Of a stretch of DNA of 64,000 bases, positions 42,151-55,306 are shown one piece after another (the stretch's first letter is position 1; each line of letters opens with the position of its first letter). The notes beneath the pieces are model-generated. The model was given only the letters and a program-made list of their open reading frames with translations, was not told where the DNA came from and ran no database searches. The stretch is from positions 61,814,001 to 61,878,000 of the forward strand of contig NC_043001.1 of the NCBI RefSeq assembly GCF_006345805.1, in the 5' to 3' direction. The DNA is from Octopus sinensis (lineage: Eukaryota). The position numbers and the translations under genes were made by a program.

Positions 42151-44489
42151 TTGGTCCTGCTCTCTTGAACTCAAAATATGTAAAAGGACTCTGCATTAAT
42201 CAAACATATCCAACAAGCAGACTACCGCTCGTCACCCTTTTGATAAGCATTTGTTCCATCCTACAAAGAAGAATAAGTATTTAAGATACTTCCCTTTCTC
42301 AAGCATTTTCCTACCTTAATCGATTGTATTTCATTGTGTAGAACAATGCTTCCACTTAAACAAGGGGAACGTGAAGTAGAGTGATCTTAGCTTTTCCAAT
42401 ATCTCACAACTGAGTTCGATGCAGAAAGGACTAACAGCACTACTGGTTAAATCTGTGATTAGATAATATTCTAATATTATCAGTTAATAACCAAATAGTA
42501 AAATCCTTATTCCAATCTATAGGATCATATACATTCTATTCAAGATTTTGAACGTTTCTTTTAAGTAACATCGCATTCTTCCGGAGAAAATGACAAGCGT
42601 TAGTGACTTGTTTTAAAATAAAAGTACACTTTTATTTAAAATCCAAACATAATTTTGTCATTCATCTTTTCAAGAAAAAATAAATAGAGGATTTGTTGTA
42701 ATAATTGTCTCTTCAGAAAAGGAAAAAATCACGAGAAAGGTATAGGAACGTTTTTAGGAGTTGACCAATAATATGTCTCTTAATTAATTAGTTTGATGCA
42801 ATTAATAGATATAGCATCCTGATCGAATAAATTTGCGTCAGATTAATTTTCTGTGCACTAGAGCATCGAATACCACTATTATCACAGTTTTCACATATGA
42901 CAATGATGTTGAAGACATTGCGTATCAATTATGATTATATATTCTTGCACACACATAAGCAAGCGAGTGCGCACACACACGCGTGTATAATTAATCTTAT
43001 ATATCTACTTATATATATTCGTGCATATATGTGTGTGCATCTGAGGTGGGATATTTAAATTCAAGCATAAAACACTGAAACATTATCTAACACATGACTT
43101 AATACATGTAAATAGCATATTAAGTATATTTTTAGATCAGTCCCAAACTACCCTCCTTCCTTTTATTTCTGATGTGGCTTAACAATCTTTATAATGTTAG
43201 ATAGGCTAGTGTACGGAGCCCATGTGCCGCGCATAAAAAGAGAGCGCAAAAATGAAATTTGGTATTTATGCTTTATGTAATGTACACGTATTTCAGAAGA
43301 CCGGCAAAGCATCTCAGTTACACGGCAAATGCAGCCGGCTCTCTCACCACATCCCCATTATAGTAATCTACAACACAAAAGAAGGAGAGGGTTCTTATAT
43401 ACACTAGGAGGTAAATATGCGCTGCTAAGTTATCCTAAGGAAAGGGAATAGAAATGTGAGAGGGTATAACAGAACGGGAGATGAATTTGATAGAGTACAG
43501 AAGGAAAGGACCTTTTGTTTGGTATTTTTCCAAACATGTTGCTGAGGTGTGCCAACTTCATTTGTTATGTATCCGGGCATTTAAGCTCCAGATATACGTA
43601 TTTATTTACGGGTAATTATATCGTAACTGACACAACACTTACAAGAATCTTTTAATACTAAAAATGTTCTGGCATGTTACTTAAGCTAAATGAAATGTAA
43701 TGACCCATGAATACTTTAACTGCTGTGACCCATAAATATTGTTACATATGTAATTGTAAGTCTATGTTTAGCTTATCTTAAAGAGAATAAATACTTGCGT
43801 AACTGACGCAACAGAAAAAAATCAAGAGACCTGACTTGGTTGTACTTATGCTGGAAAATTTACATGTGCAAACAATTTTTATATCAAAAGAAACCTGCAG
43901 TGGTGTGGATGTTATATATGCTCATATCCAATAATATTGCTTAATACATGCAGTAGTGCCTTTGGTAAAATGTAATTGACGTAACAGGCACACATAACTG
44001 ATGCAACATTTCTACCTAGAAATGTATAACTGACGCAACACTGAAACTCGGACACCAATTAATATTGCACAGTTTTATTTTAATCAATCAGGAGCATGAG
44101 GACTTAATGAAAAGGTAAAAACACACATTATGTATTCAAAATGCGTGCTGAACTTGAACACAAAGTTTTTAATAACGCTTCTTGAAGTATTGCAGCACAT
44201 GCGTAATATCGTAGATAATTCAATCTAGACATCTTACCTGCATCGCAGGTAACTGTGTGAGCCTTATAATACAGCAAGTCACTGATCATAAAGTGGCTGA
44301 AATCCCCCTTACAACATGTAATAATGGTTGTTGTAGATTAAACTTATGATGCCAAAAGGTAACTGACGCAACAAATTCTAATGGCCAGAGTAATTATGTT
44401 TTTGCCGACAAGCAGGATGATCTTCCTAAAAGTAACACTGTCAAACTGTAGTTTTACTCTAGTTCTTTCTGAAAATATATCTTTGCAAG

Positions 44490-44873
44490 ATGAAAAGTAA
44501 AGTTTTTTCTAGATGGAACTGGATACCTACCTACCTATATATATATATAAACTCTACATCTGGATGGACTCATATTAAACTCTCTTTTGTTTTTGGATCT
44601 TACTCAAAGGATATTGGAATATTACACATATATACCATTATGCCTATAAAACGGATTTACGAATTCAATAACAATACATATCTTACATCTATTTATTTTC
44701 CTCCACCTCACTCTCTATTTGTATCACATCGAAACTAGCTATGTCTTAATCTTTCCTCTCACACCGTCTCTGATGAAGGGATATTATTAATTAATATCCT
44801 AGAAACAGCTGTAAGAACTTCTATGCTCTAATATCTATACAGCCTTGGTTTTTTTATCTCATTACGCAAACAA

Positions 44874-44875
<2 letters not shown>
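44490..44875 (+). mobile_element. Penelope-like terminus carrying a canonical hammerhead
   Basis: Homologous to 12485-12615 (-) and 22190-22340 (-); ends in (TA)n. Confidence 0.65.
44767..44816 (+). ncRNA. Minimal type I hammerhead ribozyme, canonical core
   Basis: TCT-[CTGATGA]-A-GGGATATTA-TTAAT-TAATATCCT-A-[GAAAC]-AGCT-[GTA]-AGA; palindromic ACAGCTGT stem III. Confidence 0.75.
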
Positions 44876-44944
<69 letters not shown>

Positions 44945-44997
44945 TGTATGTATGTATGTATTATGTATGTATGTATGTATGTATGTATGTATGTATG

Positions 44998-45031
<34 letters not shown>

Positions 45032-45074
45032 TGTATGTATGTATGTATGTATGTATGTATATGTTTGTGTGTCT

Positions 45075-45190
45075 TAGCTGTTCGGCAGAAGAAACGATAA
45101 AATAAGTACTAGGCTTACAAAGAATAAGTCCTGTGGTCGATTCAGCTTGGTCGCAATCAAATAAATGAAACAAATAAAAGAATAAAAGAA
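45075..45190 (+). mobile_element. SINE fragment
   Basis: GATAAAATAAGTACTAGGCTTACAAAGAATAAGTCCTG core and A-rich tail. Confidence 0.55.
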
Positions 45191-46439
45191 TGCATATATG
45201 TGTACACACGCGCGCGTGCGCATATATATACTAAACCACTTATTTTGTAGCATATTTTATCGTATCAACACCATGTCTGTAATATAACCTCTTGCAATTA
45301 GTAAAATCTAGTTCCAAAATGAATTGAAAATAGTACTGTCATAGATATAATGTAATTTATTATTATGCTTATTGGCAATAATATGCAACTCTATCCAAGT
45401 GAAAGAACAATTATCGATGTCCATATGTAACATTAATGGCATTGAGGGAAACGTGTAAGCAATAACTACCCACTTACCAACTCTTTTAATCTGAACACAA
45501 CGTGAAATAAAACAATGGAAATGTTCCCTTCATATCAAAACAATCAATAGTGTATGAAGCGTGCCATTTCACAAACATTGCCAATATATCACTAAATTCC
45601 AGTTTAAACTGTAACAAGTCATAATCTACGGCGGGAAATGTACAGCTAGAAGATGATCAGAATAGTGAATTTTTTTTTCTGACACTTACATTGTATTTGG
45701 GAAACTTCAGGAAAGATTAATGGCGATTAATATAAAGTTTGGGAAGTAATAGAGTTTCGTAACAATGACAATAATTGGTGATAATGATTAAAACAAAATG
45801 TTTTCAGTTACTTTTTTTATTTTTAGTTATTTTGTGTGTGTCGAACATGTGCAGTAGACTCATTAGGTGTCTGGACTTTATACTTTTAATTTAATATTAT
45901 CCAATGAATATTGCAATTTTGCATCCTTTTCGAAATAGTCAACGAACATTTTTTTCTGTTACGATAGATGGATTTAATTAGCATTGTATATTTATAAAAG
46001 GAAAAAATTACTTTATGATTTAAATATTTATTCAGACATTAAATATACGTCAAAGGAAGAAATTTATTTCAAATATTTTTTCTACCGGCTCGTCAATAAT
46101 TTTGCTTTTGCTTCATGCGAAATGGATATTTTATTTTAACTAATTGTAAACTTATACAACGTTACACTATTCATTTTTACAATGTAAACTGGAAATTTCG
46201 AAATATTTTTATTAGGAGTATTTTAAATTATTAATTTTCAAATACTAAAAAACATATTCTTTTATGTATATATCTCTTCCACTGTATTATTCGTGTTATT
46301 TGTATTTATACACCAAAGATATCTATAGATTTTCACGTTCTTCATGTATGTGTATTCATGCACGCGCGTGTGTGTGCATGAGTGTGTGTGTCTCTATGTT
46401 TGTATGTGCGTGTATGTGAGAGTGAGTGTGTGTGCGTTC

Positions 46440-46477
<38 letters not shown>

Positions 46478-47149
46478 CTGGTGTCTATATATACAGTTTT
46501 GCCTGGAGAGAGTCATTCTCTTTTATTGCCTTGTAATTAAACACATTCGCCGGTAAAATTTCTACTCATTCACTTTTTCTAAAAGTTTCCTTGCGTCTTT
46601 CAATAATTGTTGACTCCGTCCGTTATTCAAGCTGCGTTCCGTGTTGCTTATTTGTGTTCATGTGTGTGGGTTAATGTGTGTGCGCATACACATGTATGTA
46701 TGTATGTATGTACGTGTGTATGCATGTAAGTGTGTGTATGCATGTATGTATGGATGTGTATTTGCATATGTGTGGACGTGTGTCTCCATATGTATCCTTG
46801 TGTGAAGTGAAGTGTGTATATGGTCATGTGTTTCAGTCTTTATTTGCGTATGTGTAGGTATGTGTGCTTGTCTGTTTATATTACCTCTGTACCTAACCAT
46901 CTTACTCTTCCAAAGGCACAATGAATGTGTGTATGTGTGTGTGTGTGTGCGCGCATGTGTGGGTGTGTGTGTGAATGTGTGTGTTCGGACAAAGATTTAA
47001 AAGACATGGGTTTTTTTAATTTTTGTTTTAAAAAAGCTTTCATATCCATTTGCCTACATACATATGCATATACTTATACACATACACACACACACATATA
47101 CATCTATCTACATAACAGCCCACTAACTTATTCTACTTGTATATAAATA

Positions 47150-47620
47150 TATACTGTGGGGATGGGGGTATGATTATCTACAACGTATATTTCCTATTTA
47201 GTACTGGGGATGTTTCATTTATGAGGATGTACTCCTGTATTTGTCTGGGTGTTGGGTCCTTTGGGTGCTTAGATAAAATGCGGATGTTAAGCTGGCCCAG
47301 GTTGCCTCCATGTTGGTCCTTGGCATATTGGTAGAGTATAGAGGACTATTTTTTGTCGTCATATTGTCTCAAATATATTCATTTAGTCTTTCTGCAATGC
47401 TCCTAGATGTCTCCCCTATGTATGTCATGTTCATGAGTTTACAAGCACCTTCTAGATGCTTGTAATTTTTTTTTCTCAAAGTGAAAAATACTGTAAATAT
47501 TACTCGTTGTGCCCCGCCACTCCTTCCAGGAAACTGGAAAAGCAGACTTTTAGAATAACTGTCATTTATGTTGGAATTTCTCTGTTTCCGCCAGGATTGT
47601 CCCTTTCTACAAAACAATGA
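47150..47620 (-). mobile_element. Penelope-like GIY-YIG endonuclease remnant
   Basis: TYIGETSRSIAERLNEY...SPLYQYAKDQHGG...RQIQEYILINETSPVLNRK. Confidence 0.8.
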
Positions 47621-48549
47621 AGGGAAGCTTTTTTAAAGCAAATATTTTTAAAACCCATGTCTTTTAAATCTTTGTTCAAACACACACACACACTCATTGT
47701 ACCTTTGGAACAGCAAGAACCACTAAAATGATATACTTTTCATTTTATTATATTCTACATTCTGAAACATTTGTAACTCGCATTGTACTTTTCCCAGTGA
47801 ATGAAAAAGTCAAATACTGCAAGTGGATGTGTGAGAAAAAAATTTTGAATTTTGAAAAGTGTATCTATAAAGTGACATTTTCAGTTGTTTATTTAAACTT
47901 TCTCTGCTAACACGTCAAATACATGGATTTTGAGATTATAATTGGCTAAATTTCCAAGATTTGAATTCTCGTGTATGAAAGGCCCACCGAATTTGAACCT
48001 TCTAGATGCTTGTAATTTTTTTTTCTCAAAGTGAAAAATACTGTAAATATTACTCGTTGTGCCCCGCCACTCCTTCCAGGAAACTGGAAAAGCAGACTTT
48101 TAGAATAACTGTCATTTATGTTGGAATTTCTCTGTTTCCGTCAGGATTGTCCCTTTCTACAAAACAATGAAGGGAAGCTTTTTTAAAGCAAATATTTTTA
48201 AAACCCATGTCTTTTAAATCTTTGTTCAAACACACACACACACTCATTGTACCTTTGGAACAGCAAGAACCACTAAAATGATATACTTTTCATTTTATTA
48301 TATTCTACATTCTGAAACATTTGTAACTCGCATTGTACTTTTCCCAGTGAATGAAAAAGTCAAATACTGCAAGTGGATGTGTGAGAAAAAAATTTTGAAT
48401 TTTGAAAAGTGTATCTATAAAGTGACATTTTCAGTTGTTTATTTAAACTTTCTCTGCTAACACGTCAAATACATGGATTTTGAGATTATAATTGGCTAAA
48501 TTTCCAAGATTTGAATTCTCGTGTATGAAAGGCCCACCGAATTTGAACC
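47447..48549. repeat. Tandem direct duplication, 550-bp unit x2
   Basis: 47447-47999 vs 47997-48549; one difference seen (C47591/T48141); identical 60-aa ORFs at 47728 and 48278. Confidence 0.95.
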
Positions 48550-49177
48550 GCCCATCCTCCCCACCTAATTTAAACCTGGTCCTGTACACACGAATATATA
48601 TATTATTTTATGAATGGATAGTTTATCGGAAAGAGAAAGCAATTCACGCGCAACGTGTAGGATATATTGCGGATGGAGTTGAAGGTGAAATTCTTCATAG
48701 TGTTTAATTGGGTTAATCTGAGCTGAAGTTGACTACTTATCTACTTTCGAAAGTTTTTTCTGGAAAATCATTCAGGAGAAAGTGAGTCAATGACAAATTT
48801 TTATGATGTTAAGATGAAACAATTATAGTATTATTCAAGGAAACAGGTTACTCATTCCATTCTCTTTGGTCGTGCTTGCATAAATTCTACGGATATTCAT
48901 GGGTTTTCAGATGTCTAAAATACTATCGATTTTAGCTGTAAAATCATGTATAATAGCGAATACATGTAGACTGTCTTCCTAAAGCAAACTACAAGTTTAA
49001 TGCCCAAATTAAGTTGATGTGTGTGTTTGTATGTGTGTATGTGTGTGTGTGAGTGCATGCGTGTGTGTGTGTGAATATGTGTGTACAGAGAGAGAGAAAG
49101 AGAAAGAGAGGATAGACAGACAGACAGCCAGATGTACAGACAGACAGACATATAGACAGACAGACAGATAGACAGAC

Positions 49178-49210
<33 letters not shown>

Positions 49211-50040
49211 TTGGGCGTGTATTCTTCTACCCTCATTAAAACATTAATAGTTGAAAGAGTTCACCTTTAACCCGCTGTCCGCTTTTGACTCTTGTAGACG
49301 TTAACACTGCGTACGTGTAAGATAGCACTGTACGCCTGAACATGATAGATTAAGTAATTTTACATTTTGAAGTCTTGAATTTCCGCTTGTGGCAACTGCC
49401 AGCTTTGTAATGGATAATGGTATTAGTCAATCCATAACAGTTGTTAAGTCTTCATAAACAACGTTTAGCTTGGATGCTTAGCTGCCATGTGAGCTACCAT
49501 GGACATCACAAGCACATGTTTCTTGAAGACTGTTTTATATTCTTATCTTACACGCTTCATTGCACTAGTTGAAAATGGTTTACAATGTGCATGAACATAA
49601 TTTTTTTTTTAAATATGAGTTTATTTATAGGCTTGCGAATACATGAAACTTTCCTTTTTAACATCATATTTTCAAAATCTCTCGCCATCAAAGCAATAAC
49701 CTCTAGCTTATATTTCACTTTTTGGACAACGGATAGAATCGGATGCTTCTTTGTATTATTAACCTTTCTTGGAGCAATGACGTGAAACACAAGGCTCAAG
49801 GATGCATTATCGCTAAAAGTAAGGGAAAATACATTAGTACACAGACAAAGCAGTGGAAGACAACACTGAGACTCTCTTGTATCGGGTTCCATCCGACTTA
49901 TTCTAAACCGGTTGATCAGGATGAATTTGAATAAGAATATGAATAAGAATGGTCCACATACACACACTCAGAAATAGGTACATGTCAATATTACTTTTCA
50001 CGCCTTCGGAGCATTTATGGAGATGTACATTGTACAGCTG

Positions 50041-50072
<32 letters not shown>

Positions 50073-50599
50073 ATGTGTAGGTACACATGTATGGTACATG
50101 TATGGTAGAGCCAACAGATCAGATCGAGAGACTCTCAATATCGAAAATACTTCGTAGCGTTCAAATGATTTGAACTTACTCTCCGATATCTTCACTGAGA
50201 ACTAAGACAGCAATGTAAAGGAGAAGCCAAGCGAGCAGATAATGGAGACAATGTTTCAAATAAACATTGTGTTTTAATGTATAAAATATATATACATATA
50301 TACATGTAAAAAGAGAAGGCAATCTCAAAATTTTATATTGTAGAACAAACTTACTCAGATTACATAGACTCAAAGAATTAAAGAAGAAGGCGTTACAGTT
50401 TCGACACGTGTCTCTAAAGGCTCGGAGTTACTTCACAATTTTGGCAAATGTAGTTTATCAAAACTTTGCAGCCGCTAATAGAAGCAAACAAACTTTGGTA
50501 AGCTCTAGAGTCTCCAACATGAGAGTTGTTAGATAAGCGTTAGATCATTATGCAGGAAAATTTAAAGGTAGAATAAGTACTACTTGAATAGGCACCACT

Positions 50600-51800
50600 A
50601 TTCATCAATTTAATCTACTGTGTCCTCTACTATCATTTTCATTCCCTGTACATTGGTCAGACTGGCTGGCACTTAGCTGACTGGTTTGCTGAACTTTCTC
50701 CGAGACATCAGATTCGGCAATGACACCCCACCTTACGCCACTTCCGCGTTTTGAACTGACCTTGCAAAAGGCCACCCGGATCCCCCGTCGGGAGCAAGAA
50801 TTTATTTTTTTATTTTCATTTCTCATTCCCTCATGTCTCATTTGCACACTCATTTACATACACCACACACCTCCCACCTTCCAATGCTTTCCTCCTCTAC
50901 CCCCATACAACTTCTCTACGCTGCTATACCCAGTCCCTACACCATACACACGCCATTATGGCCCTACAGCATATATATACACCTAACACATTCGCACACA
51001 TACACACACACAGACACACTTCTTCCCAACCCCTCACACCAGCACACAGTCTCACCACCTGTCATCCGTATAGCACATTGCACCTCCATCCAGAGTGACC
51101 CACACACATCCTCCCTCAACACACATATATCAGATAACCTCACACATACAGGCACGCTACACACATATATTTCCATGTATACATACAAACAGAATATACA
51201 GACACTTATCAACTACATACACACACACTTTGTACTACAGCTTCATATACACTCTCACACATAAACATGCCCAATACACAGGCAAGCACATACGTTATAC
51301 AGCCTCACACGCACACCTACACATATACACACACACGCACATACACACACATCCAGACACGCACACATAAATACTTGGAGCACACACGCATACAACGCTC
51401 CACACGTACCCGTACTTGTTTACTCGCACACACACACATTCATACGCAAGCGTGCTCCCATACATATACATACACCCGCTCACATAATCTTCATACTCAA
51501 ACACATGCTTACCATCACACAATATAGACACCGCTAGCTCATAAGACATACAAACTCAGACATTATCAACACATGAAGATACATGCTTGCGCATACGCTC
51601 TTTGGTCGGATTACAGTTGTCTACTTTGCCATCTTGTCTCCAACCACTTCTTTCCTTCTGGACAATTCAACATATGCAACCATTAATCCAAATACTATTT
51701 GTCACTCTCTCCATTTGTTTGTTTCTCTTCATTCTTTCTATAGAGGAATGTAGCTCGAAACATCAAAGATTCTAGCATTTTTCCTGATCGTCAAACTCGC
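50600..51800 (+). mobile_element. Penelope-like GIY-YIG C-terminus, CA-rich 3' UTR and degenerate hammerhead terminus
   Basis: NLIYCVLYYHFHSLYIGQTGWHLADWFAE(H)LRDIRFGNDTP at about 50608-50730; hammerhead-like motif at 51733-51769. Confidence 0.75.
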
Positions 51801-52970
51801 ACACCTTGTTTGTTATTCCCTTACCTGTCTCTATCTTTTGTCTTTTGTTCTTTGTACAAATTTGACCCGTATATATATATATATATATATATGTTCATTT
51901 TTTTGCCAAATAAATCCACACTATATATTTTTTCTTCACTCGTTTATCACTGTTCTTATTTCATTATTTTAACTTATGTCCATTGCCCGAAAATCTTTCG
52001 TCACATACCTGTGACCTCTTCCGCGACACTTTTCGTTTTCGTGTGTGCTTTTGTTCCACTTACTCCATTAGAGAGAGAGAGAAAGAGGGAGAAAGATAGA
52101 CACACAGACAGGCTGACATAGTTTCATGAGCATATATTCATATATGTAATTAATGAGAGAGACGAAACATGGAAGATACGAGAATCTTCATCGATCACTC
52201 CAATCGCTTCGACCAATCTAGCTTCAATCCCTTGCGGATAGGTTACTGTACAACTGATTTAGTTGCATCTCTCTGTGTAGATGTATTTTCTCAGGTGATT
52301 TCGAAAAGCATCTCGTTAAAATAAAACTCTTTTTCGCACAACTTATTTCTGCACGATTTCTTCTTGGTCTTCGTATATCGAAATAACAAACTTAGAGATG
52401 CACCTTCATTCTTATAGATGATTCATAACAGCGATAAGATACAAAAAATAGACATATGCACAATACAGCGAAAAAATAATTACATATAACCATTAGTAGA
52501 TATGGATGTACAAACACTCACACAAACGTAATTTCTAGCACGTACACTCGCTCGTACAAACGCACGCGCAGATACAGGCACACACACACACGCACGCGTA
52601 GTCTGGCGCACATACGCTCGCACACACAATTAAGAAGATATTAATAAAGTTGGTACCTATTACTGCCAGAGGTACGATACCTCTTGATGAGGAGTCACAT
52701 TTTCTGTGGTGCGCTCCACTGGGTCCGGCTGGCATACTTATAGCACTTGTACACTCATAGATATGGACATAAATATTGATATACACTCATATGTACTCAC
52801 ACGGACATATGCACACATTCCAAGGTATATTGCTATGTATACATACGTACGCAAATATTTACACATTCCTGCGTATATATGTATATATGTCTGTCTTTAT
52901 ATATCTGTATATCTATGTATTCATGCATGTATATATAAATAGTGATGTGTGCGTGTGCGCGTGTGTGTCT

Positions 52971-53024
<54 letters not shown>

Positions 53025-53080
53025 ATGAATTATGCAAAAGTGGATCAAAAGACATAATTCCTTCCGCAAAAATTCTTCAA

Positions 53081-53140
53081 GGCGGTGCCTCAGCACGGTC
53101 GCAGTACAATGATTGAAACAGGTAAAAGTAAAAGAATAAA
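53081..53140 (+). mobile_element. SINE 3' tail fragment related to the LINE 3' end at 2892-2930
   Basis: GGCGGTGCCTCAGCACGGTCGCAG...TGAAAC followed by an A-rich tail. Confidence 0.6.
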
Positions 53141-53675
53141 TTAACCAGCTGGAAATACATATATATATGATGTAAGTTGATTAGATTGATATACATGACA
53201 TATATAGTGAAGATATTTGAGGAATATATGCCAATACCTTGATAACCGCGCATAAGACGTTTTATTAAAGAAAAATTTTCACATCGTACAATTGTAAATT
53301 TCTTTTTACACTCATTATTTCATTCACAATCGAAGTCTTTATTAATTTCGAAACACCAAACCAAAACTTTAGTGAGTTTTGGTATGTTTCTTAGTTGTTC
53401 TACCAAAGAGCAATGAGAATTAGCAACGCATACGTGTACACAGGATTGTAAATGGGCACACTCGCACATGCTCTCTCTTTTTCTCTCTCTCTTTCTTTCT
53501 CTCTCTCTCTTTCTCTTTCTCTCTCTCTCTCACACACACACAAACACACACATACACACGCGCGTACAGACATATATATGTTTATATAAATATATACGCA
53601 CATATACATACGCATATATTAATGTATGTAGATATATATATATACACATATAATACATGTGTGTGTACACACACA

Positions 53676-53742
<67 letters not shown>

Positions 53743-54126
53743 ACATAAGGGTTACGATTATTTTTGTAATAGTGTGTATACAGAAAGATCACAAAATTTT
53801 CATTAAAAACAATTAGGTGAAATGTCTGCATGTTTAAATCCATCAAGAACCTACTCAAAAGAGATACCAATAAATTATGATGTAAATATAGAATGATTCA
53901 TTTAGTCACGAATACTATACTTTCTCCCACCTGCACTTTAATTTTGGTTGTAGAATGCAGTTAGGACATACCGATCTCACTAAATATATAAACACAGCTA
54001 ATTGATTCTATGTTTGAAATCACAAAATATAATCTGATGCAATTTATAAGAAATATTTCGTATGGTAGTATGAAGAACACTTTTAGATGGAAATGATACG
54101 TCCATGCACACATACATATTTATATA

Positions 54127-55037
54127 TTGGGTCATCCCATAAATAATGCGGTTTTTTCAATTGCATGGACTAAAAGTCGGAGGGAAACGGGATAAACTAC
54201 CTGAATCAACTTGCTTGAAAAGCAGGTAGTAATTTTACTTTATTTTTATTTTTAGTGCAAGCTTTGAAGAGTGCAGTTCGATTTTAACAGTTATATTTTC
54301 AAAGCTATAATGAAAGTGACAAATAAGCATATTCGGCATATTTAGCTTTATGAGTTCAATAAGGACAACAATGCACCGGAAAGTGCATGGATTATTAATG
54401 TAGTATATGGAGATCGGACAATACGCATAAACCAGTGTCAACGGTGGTTCCAGAAATTCCGAGCCGGAAGCTACAGTCTAGAGAACGAGCCTCGTCCTGG
54501 AAGATCTGTAGAGCTCGATGAGAACGTTCTGCAAACCCTGGTGGAACAAAATCCCATCGTAACTGTTGAGGAAGTAACAGAAAAGCTTGGATTTGGTCAG
54601 TCAACCATTCATTGACACCTGCGCTAGAAGAAAAAAATGACCGGCTTTGGTTTCAAGACGAAATTTGTTTTTCCAGTCATACTGCGAGGATAACGTTCCA
54701 AAGGCTGGAGCAGTTTGAACGGGAAACGATGTCTCACCCATGATATTCGCCGGACATTACCTCATCTGATTATCATTTATTCCGCCGTCTTCAAAATCAT
54801 TAGGACGGAAAAATGTGAATTCCGTAGATGAGGTCAGGACAGTATTAGAGGAGTATTTTTCGTCACGGACTAGAGAATTTTGAAAGAGGGGCCTTGCAAG
54901 TTTACCAGATAGATGGAAGGGCATTGTAGAAAATGAAGGAACGTATATTTTACATTAAAAAAGAACTTTGTTTATCTTAATTTTGAAAAATAAAAGTACA
55001 GAAAAACAATCAATCAATTACTTATGCGATAACCCAA
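54127..55037 (+). mobile_element. Internally deleted mariner with both TIRs and TA target-site duplication
   Basis: TA|TTGGGTCATCCCATAA ... TTATGCGATAACCCAA|TA; HTH region (QRWFQKF, SLENEPRPGR) and PDITSSDY present; the DEKW catalytic region is deleted. Confidence 0.88.
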
Positions 55038-55224
55038 TACACACACACATATATGTATATTACTGAAACCTATTATTTGAAACAATTGCAAAGGTTAATA
55101 AAGCTTGACCTTTAAGGCATTCATTCTGCTTCAGTACAGTTTCGACAACAATGCTATCTAATTTGAAAATTGTGTTTTAATACCAAATAATAATAATAAT
55201 AATAATAACAATAATAATAATAAC

Positions 55225-55306
<82 letters not shown>

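Noticed and set aside
49557-49967. 136-aa minus-strand ORF as a Tigger/pogo HTH or host exon
   Set aside because: Only vague resemblance (APRK...KLEVI); no TIR or downstream DDE domain found.
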